Assembly (NCBI GenBank): GCA_000697335.1
Contig: JNEM01008672.1
Coordinates: 1-44,401, forward strand
Source: Conidiobolus incongruus B7586
Lineage: Eukaryota
DNA: 44,401 nucleotides
Reading direction: 5' to 3'
Each line of letters starts with the position of its first letter. Within the stretch, counting starts at the first letter, position 1. The notes under the pieces are model-generated. The model worked only from the letters and a program-made list of their open reading frames with translations, did no database searches and was not told the DNA's origin. Positions 14,297-26,233 of this stretch are shown here, piece after piece. A program made the position numbers and the translations under genes.

Positions 14297-14875
14297 TCGA
14301 ATGATTTGTGGCAATAATAATTATGAATTGGTGTAAAGTAAAATGATTATTTTTTCAGTATCATAATATATGATGAGAATTTTTAACATGATGTGAGGTA
14401 AATATTGTTAACAAGACCTTATTTCCTTAACATACATTTTAGATAGTTTTTTAATGTATGACAAACATTCCAACATTTTATAATTTTGAATATTTCTAAT
14501 AAATACACAAATTCAAAATTAGAATTGAATTTTCATACTAATTATTTTTGATAATGTGAATAATATGTTTTAATTTGATTAATAATTGTAAATTATTGCT
14601 ATTCTCTTTTAACATATAAGGAAACCAATACAAAATTAAAGCAAATAATAAAAATTCATTTATATTCTTTTTCAGAGTATATAAATTCGTTTTTCACGAT
14701 AAAATAATTTTAGATATTGAATTAAATCATTAAATATCAATTAAATCAATTAATTTTTTTATCTTACAGTGACTGTCAATTCAATCCCAAAAATTAAATT
14801 GGGAATTAATTTCACTATAATTTCACTAAATCCTTATCAATTCATTTCATTTCATTTTAAAATCTAAAAATAAAA

Positions 14876-16339
14876 ATGGAAGATAATAGTAATTCAACAA
14901 AATTAGGCAAATTAATTAATCAAATTCAAAATTTATCAATTCAAGATAAAACTCAATTGTAATTAATTCCAACTTATTATTATTTTTAACTAATTTTAAT
15001 TTTTAGTTTTAAACAACTTGTTCAAAGAGCTAGTGCTCTAGACTGTTATTTGTTACAGAAGAATTTAAATGACCAAAATAGAGGCAAACTTAACTTAATT
15101 GAGTATTTACCTAAGGATTTAAGTCTATTTATTTTTGAATATTTAGACGGTGACGATATTTTAAATTGTTTTATTGTAAAATTTATATTATTGAATCAAT
15201 ACAAGATACTTAACGGATTGTTTTAGACTTGTAAATCTTGGCACAAATTACTAAAAGATGAAGCTTTTTGGTATAAAAAATATTTTCAAAGTTTGCTTAT
15301 TGGTGAATTAGACCCTTTGGATCAATGGAAAGATATTTCGTATTTGAAAAAGTATACTCTGTTATTGCATCGTAGGAGGAATTGGTCCCTGGGGCTGCCT
15401 AGTCGTACTTCGTCGGTTATTTTTCCGTATAATATCAATAAAACTATGATTTTGAGTCCTAAGGAACTACTTGTAGTGGGAGACGATAGAGAGGTGAGAT
15501 TGATTCATATTGTGAAGAGATGGTCCATCACCAGTTGGAAATTGCCCCAGATTTGTATTTTGTTAGATGTAGATTGGAATAATAGTCTATTACTTGCTTG
15601 CCCTTATGGTAGAGAATGCTATGTCATAAATATTCATACTGGAAATTTGGTGACTAATTTAATCGGCCATACTTCGCTGGTGACACATGGTACTTTCTCG
15701 TCAAAGTATATCATTACGCAGTCTGGTGATCATACTATCAAGCTGTGGTATAAAGAAAACTATCAGTTGTTTCACACTATTCCAATTGACGAGTATCCCA
15801 TCTTAGCATTAAAGACCATTCCAGGTACCAATTTACTATTAATAGTGAATGTATTTGGGTTTATTCAACTCTATGATTTAACCACTTTACAAACCATCCA
15901 AACATTCCATCCCTTAAATTGGACTAGAAACACGATTGACTCTACGGACAACAATCAATTCAAACACTTTTCAATCTACCACCATACGATGGTGCTTACT
16001 CAAAGCACCATGATATTCAATATCCATTACAACCCAAACACAAACAATCTCCAACTAATCAAAGTCAAACTACATAGCTCCATCATTCGATCCATATCAT
16101 TGAACGCCATGGGCCTCGTCATCGGCAATTTTACGTACAATTCCATTACGTCATCAATGGTACACTTCTGGGACTTAGAATCTCCCACGAACAGTATCAT
16201 TCCTATAGAGTGCAAACCTAGTTTCAATTTTGTAGCACTCTGCAGCAACAATAACACCGTGGTACTGAGTGGTAGGACCAATACCAATACTTTATTTTGG
16301 TTGGATTTTTTACCCATTCAAAACCAGTTAGCTTTATGA
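14876..16339 (+). CDS. F-box and WD40-repeat protein, spliced
   Basis: ATG at 14876 and two 5' introns. F-box: LIEYLPKDLSLFIFEYLDGDDILNCFI/TCKSWHKLLKDEAFW. WD40: LIGHTSLVTHGTFSSKYIITQSGDHTIKLW. Confidence 0.85.
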
Positions 16340-16672
16340 AGGATTATATATTTGGAATAATATAACCTAATATATATTATTCTTAATGAATTTTTCAAAC
16401 AAAATTACAAGTTATATATGCTATTCATTTAGCTAGATTTATTTAATTGTCGATGATTCAACTTGATATATTGTTAATTATTTATTTAAAATTAATATTA
16501 AATTGTCTGTATTATTTGGTCAATTTTTAATCAAAATTTCTATATATTATTATCTGAAATATTCTTGATTGAATAAGCCTATATGATTGATTAAAATTTA
16601 CAAATATCGATAAACCTAAATGATAATCACATATTCAACAATTTATTTTTTTATTCATTATAATTCTAAATT

Positions 16673-17734
16673 TTAAGAACATATTTTAACCAACCTATCA
16701 GCATCATAAAAAGGGGCTTCTTTGGATAAATCTCTAGAAGTATCCTCATTCAAATTCATTTCCAAAGCTTTGACAATACCTTCGGCGACTTGGTTTACGT
16801 GGAGGGGTTTTGATACCATTTTGGAATTGGAACAAATAATGTTTTGTAAGGTATTAGCAGCTGATAAAGCTCCAGCTAATGGTAGAGTGATGGGACGTTG
16901 GTCAGAGTACATCAAACCTAAATCAAATCAGTATCAATATCATATAATGTGATAAAGACTATTACCTGGTTGAAAGATCAATGGCTTAAATTTAGGATAA
17001 CTTTTAGTTAATAAATATTGTTCAGAAGCTCTCTTAGTATACAAATAACTGGGATTTATATCAATTGGTATGATAGAGGTCGCTGAAATATAACCAATCA
17101 TAGGTTTTTCAGGGGTTTGGAATTGTTGAGTGTTAAGGGTATCCATCAATATTTTGACTATTTTAGAAAAATTAGTTTAGGATAGTATTATATTATGATT
17201 TAAATTATTTACAAGATTCAAAATTCAACTTTCTATAAGCTTCATTAGGTTTGGGATTTAACTTGGATTGGATAGCGCTTTGTAAAAGTGACAGGTATTG
17301 GTTCTTGCGAATGTGCTCCTTGTAATTGCCTTCCAAAAAGGCACCTACAGAGTGAATGATAGCTGTAGCGTTGCCTAGTAAATGGGTGTAGGATTCGGGT
17401 TGGAATAGGTCGGCTTTTTCCCAACGAATCTATAATCATATTAGAGCAATTGATTTCAATTGATATTACTGGATTTACTTTAGTTGCCCAACTAGGTATT
17501 TGACTTTGAAAGGAAGGAGAACCCGAGCGACTATGATATATCATTAACACAACTTCATAATAATTATAATTATTAAAAATACCTAACACTAGTAACTTTC
17601 CAACCATTCAATGTTGCAATTTTACAGATATTTTGACCTATTTAATATGCTATTGAATATTTCGGTAGTCATTAGGATTAATTAATTGTACCTAAAAAGC
17701 CAGCACCACCAAATACTAGTAAATTTTTAGACAT
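16673..17734 (-). CDS. COQ11: Atypical NAD(P)-binding short-chain dehydrogenase/epimerase, COQ11 (YLR290C)-like, spliced
   Basis: MSKNLLVFGGAGFLG/QNICKIA...VTSV/SRSG, WEKADLFQPESY, IIHSVG, YRKLNFES, YISA, YxxxK (YLYTKRASE), QPG/LMYS, KPLHVNQVAEGIV. Five GT-AG introns. Confidence 0.75.
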
Positions 17735-17990
17735 TTTTAACTTTTATTTAAATTAAATATTAGTTTTTGTTAATTAATTAATAAATTTATATTTGTTGGT
17801 TTTTTTGGAGGTGATTTAAAATTATGATTTCATCATGATCTATATATAATTATAATTTTTATTGTTATAGTTATGGGATCAGATGGACATTATTAAAAAT
17901 TCAATTAATAAATTTGATCATTCATATTTTGAAAATTGATTAATTAATTCATCAATATAAAAGTTATTAAAGATAAAAATAGATAGAAAA

Positions 17991-19461
17991 ATGACAACTA
18001 AAAAACTCCAAAAAGACACCAACAGTCCATTGACAAAATTAGCTTTAGCTTTTGTTGACGAACCTATCGAGCCCGAAGTAGATGTGGAGGGCGATCCTTT
18101 CGAATCTAAAATCGGAGGTCAACCAGTAATACTAATTACAGCTTATAAAATCTTGCCTTATTAATATATATTTTTAGGTATGGCTCAATACCAACATACC
18201 CTACAATACCATAATTTGTCAACTCTGTTCCAAACCCCAAATATTTTTATTACAAATTTACGCACCTTTACCTCCAAAAAATTTGGATAGAATATTATAC
18301 GTTTTCTGTTGTAAAAATTCCAAGTGTACAAAGAAGTCAGAAGGGTAAATGATATTTTTAAATTGTTTGGAGATGCGAATATTGACTTGGGTTCAGGTTT
18401 ACAGTAGTCAGAGCACATAACAAAACTCAGGAAGTTAAAGTTGAAAAACCTAAGGAAGAAGCTAATGTATCATTTTCTAATAACAAACCTAGTCAAAATA
18501 ATTTTATGGTAATTTCAAATATATTTTATTAGTAAATCGTAAATATTGATCATTGAGTAGTTGGGAAATATTTGGGGTGCATCTACAGCAAAAGGAACAA
18601 ATAATAGTCCATTTTCCGCTCCCTCAGGATTTTTTGGTGGTTTTAACAAAGAAGAAGAGGATGAAAATGAATTGATTGATCATTTGGATAAACTTAAAGT
18701 ACTCAATATATTTCTTTTGAGCTTGATTGATATATTGATCTTTTTATTGATAGATTAATGAAAATAAAGACGAGGTAGAAAATACTGCAGATGATGATAA
18801 TGAGGAACCTACAGCGCCATGGCCAACTGATATCCCCACTTATCAACCCTACTATTTAGCATTCGACGAAGATATTCACGAATCCGACGCTCCTATTGAT
18901 CTCAACAAGTACAAAAAGTACGAAGAGCTCATCCAAGAACAAATGGCACAAAAAGTCGCGAGCGAAGAGGGCGGGCTGAACTGGGAGGGAGAGAGCTACG
19001 AAAAGACTCCACTACCCCACGGTATGGATAAGACATTCGAACACTTCGGTAACATTATCCAGTACTACCCAGACCAATGTCTCAGATACCAGTTTAATGG
19101 AATTCCTCTCCTCTATCACAATCAAGACGAAATCAGTCAGAAAATATTGTCTGGTGGCAAAAAGAAAACCAAGATGAGTTTTGATCAAATTCCAAAATGT
19201 GAACTCTGTGGCTCTCAAAGAACTTTTGAATGCCAGTTGATGCCCCAACTGCTATCCTATCTCACGTTGAATAACAATCAATCCACTGATACAAAGGATA
19301 ACCAATTGAATATGGAACTTAAAGGTCAAAACTTTTTAGATCAATTTGACTTGGGCATGGAATTTGGTACGTTGTTGATCTTTAGTTGTAAGAGTGATTG
19401 CCAGTTGAAGGGAAAGAAGTTCTTTACGAAAGAATTGGCTTATCCTCAACTTCAGTGGTAA
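17991..19461 (+). CDS. TSR4: Tsr4/PDCD2L, uS5 chaperone in 40S biogenesis, spliced
   Basis: ESKIGGQP/VWL, CQLC..FLLQIYAPL..DRILYVFCC, PDQCLRYQFNGIPL, CELCGSQRTFECQLMPQL, MEFGTLLIFSC (PDCD2_C domain). Confidence 0.92.
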
Positions 19462-19750
19462 TACATTATTTAATAGAACTTAATATCATATAAAATATAG
19501 AAATATAAATAAACATCATTTATTTTTTATTCTCCTGTCAAAATAAATGAATTACGACAATCTAATACCAAAATAATATCATTTGAGTAATTAATTAAGA
19601 TATTAAATTATTTGTGATTTTCAATATAATACTTATATATTTGAATATATATCATAGTTACAATTAGAGCAATATGTAAAATATAGTTATGTTATGGTTA
19701 TTCAATTGATAACTATTGTTTTTAATAATTTATAAAACCCTGGAATTACT

Positions 19751-20743
19751 CTATTTTTGAATTTTTAAAGAGAAATCAACGGGAGTGACACCATAATTCA
19801 ATCCACTCATACTGATAATATCGATATTGGGACCAAAATAAGAGGTAATATTGTCAATATTAATACCTCCAGAAGCTTCCAACAAAAAGTTGTACTTGCC
19901 CTTATATTGCTCCTTCAAAGATTTGGCGACTTGGTGCAATTCAGGTGGTGAAATATTGTCCAACATGATGATATCAGCGCCACTTTCAATGGCTTCTTTG
20001 GCTTCTTGTTCGGAACCGACTTCGACATCGATTTTCATACTGAAACCACCAACGCTCTTGGCTGCTTGAACGGCTTCTGTGATACTGCCACGACTCCAAA
20101 TGTGGTTGTCTTTGAGCATGATCATGCTACTAAGATCCATACGATGCATGTCACAACCTCCAACTAACATACCGTACTTTTCGACGAGACGGAAGCCGGG
20201 CGTAGTCTTTCTGCTACCAGCAATCACACCTCGAAATCCTTCCTTTTCCTTAAGAGCGGTAAATTTACGGCATCTAACCAAAAAATCAACACAAATTTTA
20301 AAATCTAAATGAAATAAACTTACTGAGTTGCAATAGAACTACATCTGCCAAAAATGTTGAGAGCTAATCTCTCGCCAATCAAAATATCTTTACATTGACC
20401 AGTGACTTTGGCGACGGGTACCTTCTTAGCGCCAAATTGTTCAGGATCAATAACAGTACCTTCTTCGTAGTGCCATTCAACTTTGCAGTTGGTAAGGCGG
20501 AAAACTTCGTTGAAGAATGGAATACCCGCTAATACTGACTATTTTCCAATTCATTTTTAATTTTGTAATAATTATTTATGTTGATATTTCACTTACATAA
20601 CTCTTACAATATAAAACAGCGACTTCTTGTTTGATACCAACTACAAAACCACCATAATCCAAAGAAGGGATGTCTTCCTGGAGCCAATTCGCGATAGTTT
20701 TATGCCATTGAGGTGGTAATAAATGTTCGTATTGTCTACTCAT
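19751..20743 (-). CDS. BNA6: Quinolinate phosphoribosyltransferase (nicotinate-nucleotide pyrophosphorylase), 2 introns
   Basis: [87 protein letters not shown]. Confidence 0.97.
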
Positions 20744-20831
20744 TTTTATAATTTATTAATATTTTATTTTTTTGATATTATTATTTAAGTTGAAATCATC
20801 CTTATAAATTTAATATTTGTAATAATTGGAA

Positions 20832-20840
20832 TTATGGGAA
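20832..20840 (-). promoter_or_regulatory. Putative promoter element TTCCCATAA (representative of a recurrent WCCCAYAA motif)
   Basis: Lies 89 nt upstream of the BNA6 ATG. The same oriented motif occurs upstream of several other genes in the window. Confidence 0.45.
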
Positions 20841-23141
20841 CAACGTTCAAGATAATAAGAACAGTCCACTATACAAATATTATTTGGGAAATTTGACAAT
20901 TACTCTCTTATTAATAAAAGGCAATATCTTTCAATGAAGATATTGTTGTTGATTTATTGAATTATAATAATATTGGAGAACATGATAGTTTAATTCTATA
21001 TTTTGAATCTTTTTTGGTTTTTATTGTTTTGATCTATATTAATTTATTCGTAATCTTTACGCTTATTGTATTGACAAAATTTAGCAGGATACAATTTCTA
21101 ATTAAATGTATCATAGCATTCGATAATTTATTATTAATAATCTGTAACTATTATATTTTTTTAAAATAAATTGCAACTGTAGTTCAAAATAATAATTTAT
21201 TAATCGAAAAATTGAAAAGATGGAGATATTATATCAACTGGTTATTCTCTTAAATTTCAATGATCACTGTCCAATACTGAGAATATGTTTCTAAGTTCAT
21301 AACATTATAGGGTTTTATGTAAAATCTCATTATTATTTCAATTAATTATTTATTCAGAAGTGTTATTTGAGGGAGAAATTTTTAAAAAAATAAATAATAT
21401 GATTTTTTCAGGGTTGAATATCGAGGTATAATTATGAAGATTAAATAAATCATGAAAGGAAATATTAAACGTATAGTGAGGTATATTTGACAAATTCTAA
21501 CTTGTAAATATTTGACTTTATTTGGTATTATTTTCAATACGAGAAAAGTTCGAATCTATTAGTAGTTGATATGTTAACAATTATCATTTAGTTTTTAAAG
21601 TAAAATATATTCAAAATTTAGTAATTTTGAGCAGCTCAAGTTGAAACAATTCTAATGAATTAAACTCTTAGGTATTAATAATTCTTTGATTCTTTTCAAC
21701 ACCATATTTATCATATAAAAATCATACGTTAAAAATCTGTTTTCAACACGGCGATTAAACTACCGATTTAAATTAAATGAATTTTTTACTATGAATTCAT
21801 ATGAATTCTTTAGAATGTATCAATTGTTAATTATAGAAATATATCATCATTTTCAAAAATAGAGTAAATAGAATTCCTGTTCTAATTCTAAAATCCATTG
21901 CTATAGATTTTATATTATCATTTTAATATACCTAAATTGATATTTTTGTTCTGTTCTAAAGTCAAATGATTCGGGTCTTCTATTACATATGAATAAAAAA
22001 AGAGTGGTATAAAGAATTATTATTTGAATGGAAACTATTTTTTACTAATTAATTATCAGATAAACATATTTCACAGTATTGATTGGATAAAATTTGGTTA
22101 ATTTGATTTAAAATATATGCTAAAACTTATTTTATAAACGCTTGAAATGGGATATAGTGTAATTAAACCATACTAAAGTAATGTAACTAATAAATTTTTA
22201 TAAGATTGTCATCGTCTGCTTTTTACTCTATTAGTAATTATTTTTTTCAAATTCATAATATTAACTTGATACCAGCAATAAAACATTAGAAAAAATTTGG
22301 ATTTTCAAGAAACTTAGACATCCCGCAAATTCCCTTGAATAATTTGAAGACCAATAGTAGATGTAATAGTATATTTTAGACTTTTGATTCTTGTGAAGCT
22401 TTGGAAATTTGGTCAAATTTGTAATCTGATTATCCACTTCACCATTTCCCAAATTTAGTACCAGGGTTTATCGGAATAAATGGTTAGGATTTTATAAAAC
22501 TAATTTTTTACATTATCGAAAATAATGATATCATTAGTATGACTTGTCAATTTATCCTTATTTCGATTATATCAAAATTAACTGACTGTATTAATATAAT
22601 ATAATCCTTAAAGCATATGAAATGTTTCTATAATTTAGAGTTAATTTCAATAGTTGGTGCGGGATAAAATATGAGAAAAATAAAAATGGAAAATTTTCAA
22701 ATCCTGAGGGAAGCTAATTAATCCATTAATATGAAGTAATAAATTCATTATACAAAAATCATAGCCTTATCATGCCAATATTATATTTAATACTATCTAT
22801 GATATATTATCCTAAGTTTAAATATAGTATTAATTTTCATTCTATTAATATGTCTATAAACAGGCTAAGATGAAGTAAGTTTGAAATATCACTGGTTCGA
22901 TTATTGGTTCAAAGATATTGAGACTGAAGTAAATTCCAAGTTTCATAACAACTCTCAAAATTTATGTAATCTTTAAAAGTGGGAGATGAGTGAAAAATGA
23001 GCCAATCAAATGTTAAAGACATTTTATTTGATAAATTCGAGTTGTTCAGTGCATGAGATTTTATTAAAAAATGGGTTTCAAGTGCTTGAATATAAATAGG
23101 TTTTCATCGACAAAATTCAGTGTATATGATTAATATAACCA

Positions 23142-24358
23142 ATGATTCCCTCATCTCCCGTTCATAAACAATGGTCTCCTCAAAACGATGTATACTGTGA
23201 AGATGTAGTCCAAGAGTTTTCCACTCTTTTAGGTGCTGAAATGTATGTGGACTTGACTAAACTACGTCAGATTTCTAGATATGGCATCCCCGACGAATTA
23301 CGTGGGGTAAACCTTGATGGTTTTTTTTACATTGAACTTCTTGACCAATAATCATTTTAGGATGTATGGAAATATTTACTCAAAGTTGAAAGTGCCGATA
23401 GAAGTAATATTTTTTTATTATATTATATATTTTCGACAGTTATTAAATATTCTGTTTAGCCAATGATATGGAAACTTACAAGCTCAATGAAGCGGAATAC
23501 TTTCAACTTAGACCTCAAACCCATGAATATACTAACAAGATACGTGCTGAAGTGAGTCGACTCCAAAATAGAATACAAAAGCCACTTCCTAGCAAGCTAT
23601 ATGAAGATGTAATTGGAGCATATTTAAACTATAACAAGCAAGCGGAATTTAATCCAGGTTGGGTTTATCTCTGTACACCTTTCGTTTTAGTGTTAGAAAG
23701 AGAAGTAGAAATATTTTATTGCTTTAAGAACCTAATGCAAATAATAGGTATTATATATAAGATCCACTTGGTTCGATTTACATTAATTTATTGTCTAGAC
23801 GATTACTTCTATGCCAACCCCTTGGAAATGCAGCTCGCTCGCTTTCAAACTTTATTCCGAATGTTAATACCCGATTTGTAATATTGTAACAGAATTCAAT
23901 TTTTAAAAAATTATTAATTATTTCTAGAAATGATTATTTTGAAGAAGAACAAGTGTCAATGTACGAATGGACTACATCTTGGTTAACGAATTTATTCGCC
24001 AAAGAAATGCCTCCTGCGACACTAATATCTCTTTGGGATTTATATTTTGGAACTACCAATTTTATGGATCTTCATTTATATATGTGCATAGGTAAACTTT
24101 ATCGAGAGACTCCCTTGAAGTAATATTTATACTATGTTATTTTAGCTATCTTACAACAAAATCGAGAAAGGTTAGAAGAGTTAGAAAATTCAGAAATTAA
24201 GGCATTTTTATCTAGACTACCAGAAATGGATATATTTACGGTACGGTATTTTATTCAATCACTTTGGCTATTGCTAACATATAGTATTATATTAGATTCG
24301 TCAAATTGCTACAGATCTTCAGCACCAAGCAATGGAAACATTAGCTGATCAGCTTTGA
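23142..24358 (+). CDS. TBC (Rab-GAP) domain protein, spliced
   Basis: LTKLRQISRYGIPDELRG/DVWKYLL, IRAEVSR, FYCFKNLM, FRMLIPDL/NDYFEEEQV, WTTSWLTNLFAKEMP, LWDLYF. Six GT-AG introns; TGA ends at 24358. Confidence 0.88.
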
Positions 24359-25654
24359 TCTTGTGCTTTGGATTAAATGTTATCTCATTTTTAGTCCATT
24401 TCCACTTTTTCTCCATCTTCCAATATGCTTACTTTCGATTATTCACTTTCCTAATTCTTTCCTCTCCTTTTTACTCTATAATATTCATTTACATTATCAC
24501 TCTACATGCAACAATTTAAATGTTTGTCTTTTGTACTCCCAATATCACTCTTAAAGCATATGTACATAATCATTATGAATTTGTAATAATTTTTGTATAC
24601 TAAAGTTACGAATTTAGATGTTCTGTAGGAAGTCTTTGCATTAAGCATTAATATAACTACAAATTCATTAATCTCTTTCTAATTGACGAGGTGTCAACCG
24701 ATGCATTATAAGATCTTTTAGCTTCACAAAAATTGTATGTGTAATCTACTACCTTCGCACCATTGATCAAACCACTTCCCTTTAGGATTAAATTCCTCTA
24801 ATTGTACACCTAATATTGTTAACTTTTTCAATATCTATAGGCGATTTAATTGTTTATATGATTGTTGTATTTTGAAGAGTGAGTCCTCTTCTCTTTCTTC
24901 ATCAACTCTAGTATAAAAATCTTCAAAAATTTCAATAAAAGTATCATAAAACTACATTAATCATTTTTGATAATTGCATCATATAATCAAAATAAATAAA
25001 ATTATAAAATTTCTGACGATATATTAATTAATTGAAAGATATCATATATTATGTCTGATCAATTCCATCCAATACTTTTCTTAATAAAGATGAATTACTA
25101 TACAATTTTATAGTTAAATAACAATTTTAAAAATCAATTCTATCAAATATTAATTTAAAAAACTAAAATTATCATTAAGATTAGATAAGATTGGAAATTT
25201 AAAATAATAATTATGAACAATTTATATTAATATTAAATAATATATTTGCTATTATTATATTTGTATTAGTTTATGTAATATATTATCTATTAATAATATT
25301 AGAAATATATAAAGTATCAGCTTAGGTTGAATATTATCATTCCGTTATATATAATTAGGCAAATTGTATTCTTAATTATTGTAATTCTCTTATTTTTTAC
25401 TAAATTATTGAACCATATGTATTATGGCAATAAAATTCATACAATAGCAATAATGATTAGCAATTAAATATATGTGAATAGAAATTTAAGATATCATATA
25501 AGTCATATATATGTTTATCTATGAATTATAATTATTTTTTTCAAATGTTTCAAAAACCCTGTTTATAATTTTGAGATTTCATTCAATTTGGTCCTATTCA
25601 CCTTTATGTTTCAAGGATTATTTCATTTATTATAAATCTTGTATTAATTCAAAT

Positions 25655-25820
25655 ACGGTGTAATGGCTCAGTGGCAAATAGAAATATTGATAGTGATAAT
25701 CTCTAGTGATCGATCCCTAGTAAAGCTAGTTGGATCGTACTAAGTATCATACGTTGTCAGGTGTCTGCAAATAGTAATTTAAGCGGTCACTTTGGTTGGG
25801 GTTGGATTGGATTTACTTTT
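25655..25820 (+). ncRNA. Candidate Pol III-type structured RNA or tRNA-derived SINE
   Basis: GC-richer island in AT-rich intergenic DNA. A-box TGGCTCAGTGG at 25664-25674, B-box-like GTGATCGATCCC at 25706-25717, two predicted hairpins, TTTT at 25817-25820. No tRNA acceptor stem. Confidence 0.4.
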
Positions 25821-26233
25821 CAATATTAATATATATCATTCAATATAGTTGTAAAAACAATAAAAATATTTTGTTTCAGTAATTGTATCAAATTTACCTT
25901 GATTCTACTGATATTTTATATTTTCATCAATCTAAATCATATTTCGATGATATATTTTCTATCAATATTACTAAGTAATATACATTATTTTCTCAAAATA
26001 ATTTAAACTTGAAAACATATCAAAGTGAAATACATGAAATATAATTATAGAATTTACCACATTTTTTAATTGACCCAATCAACCAAGTCCCATATTTATT
26101 TAATCCAATATTAAAAAGGATAATTAATCAAACCACATCAACCTAATATATTCAAATTCATATAAATCAAAGAATAATCAAAAATTTGCAAAAATATAGT
26201 AAATTGAAAATATAAATAAAATAATTAATTTAA

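Noticed and set aside
16673..20743. COQ11-TSR4-BNA6 as a metabolic gene cluster
   Set aside because: Unrelated pathways; ordinary neighbouring housekeeping genes.
20900..22500. Possible decayed LRR/F-box or transposon remnant
   Set aside because: Only vaguely coding-like. No motif, terminal repeat or sustained frame could be identified.
24700..24900. GrpE-like similarity (YKQL..ILKK..GV..FNPKG..FD)
   Set aside because: A superficial short match with wrong spacing and no flanking GrpE motifs.
25655..25730. Canonical tRNA gene or SRP RNA
   Set aside because: There is no 3' acceptor-stem complement to GGTGTAA and no anticodon arm. It is short for SRP RNA and lacks a GNRA-capped helix 8.
25704..25742. 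SECIS-like hairpin (GTGA...AAA loop)
   Set aside because: There is no GA on the 3' side to form the quartet and no adjacent selenoprotein gene on this strand.
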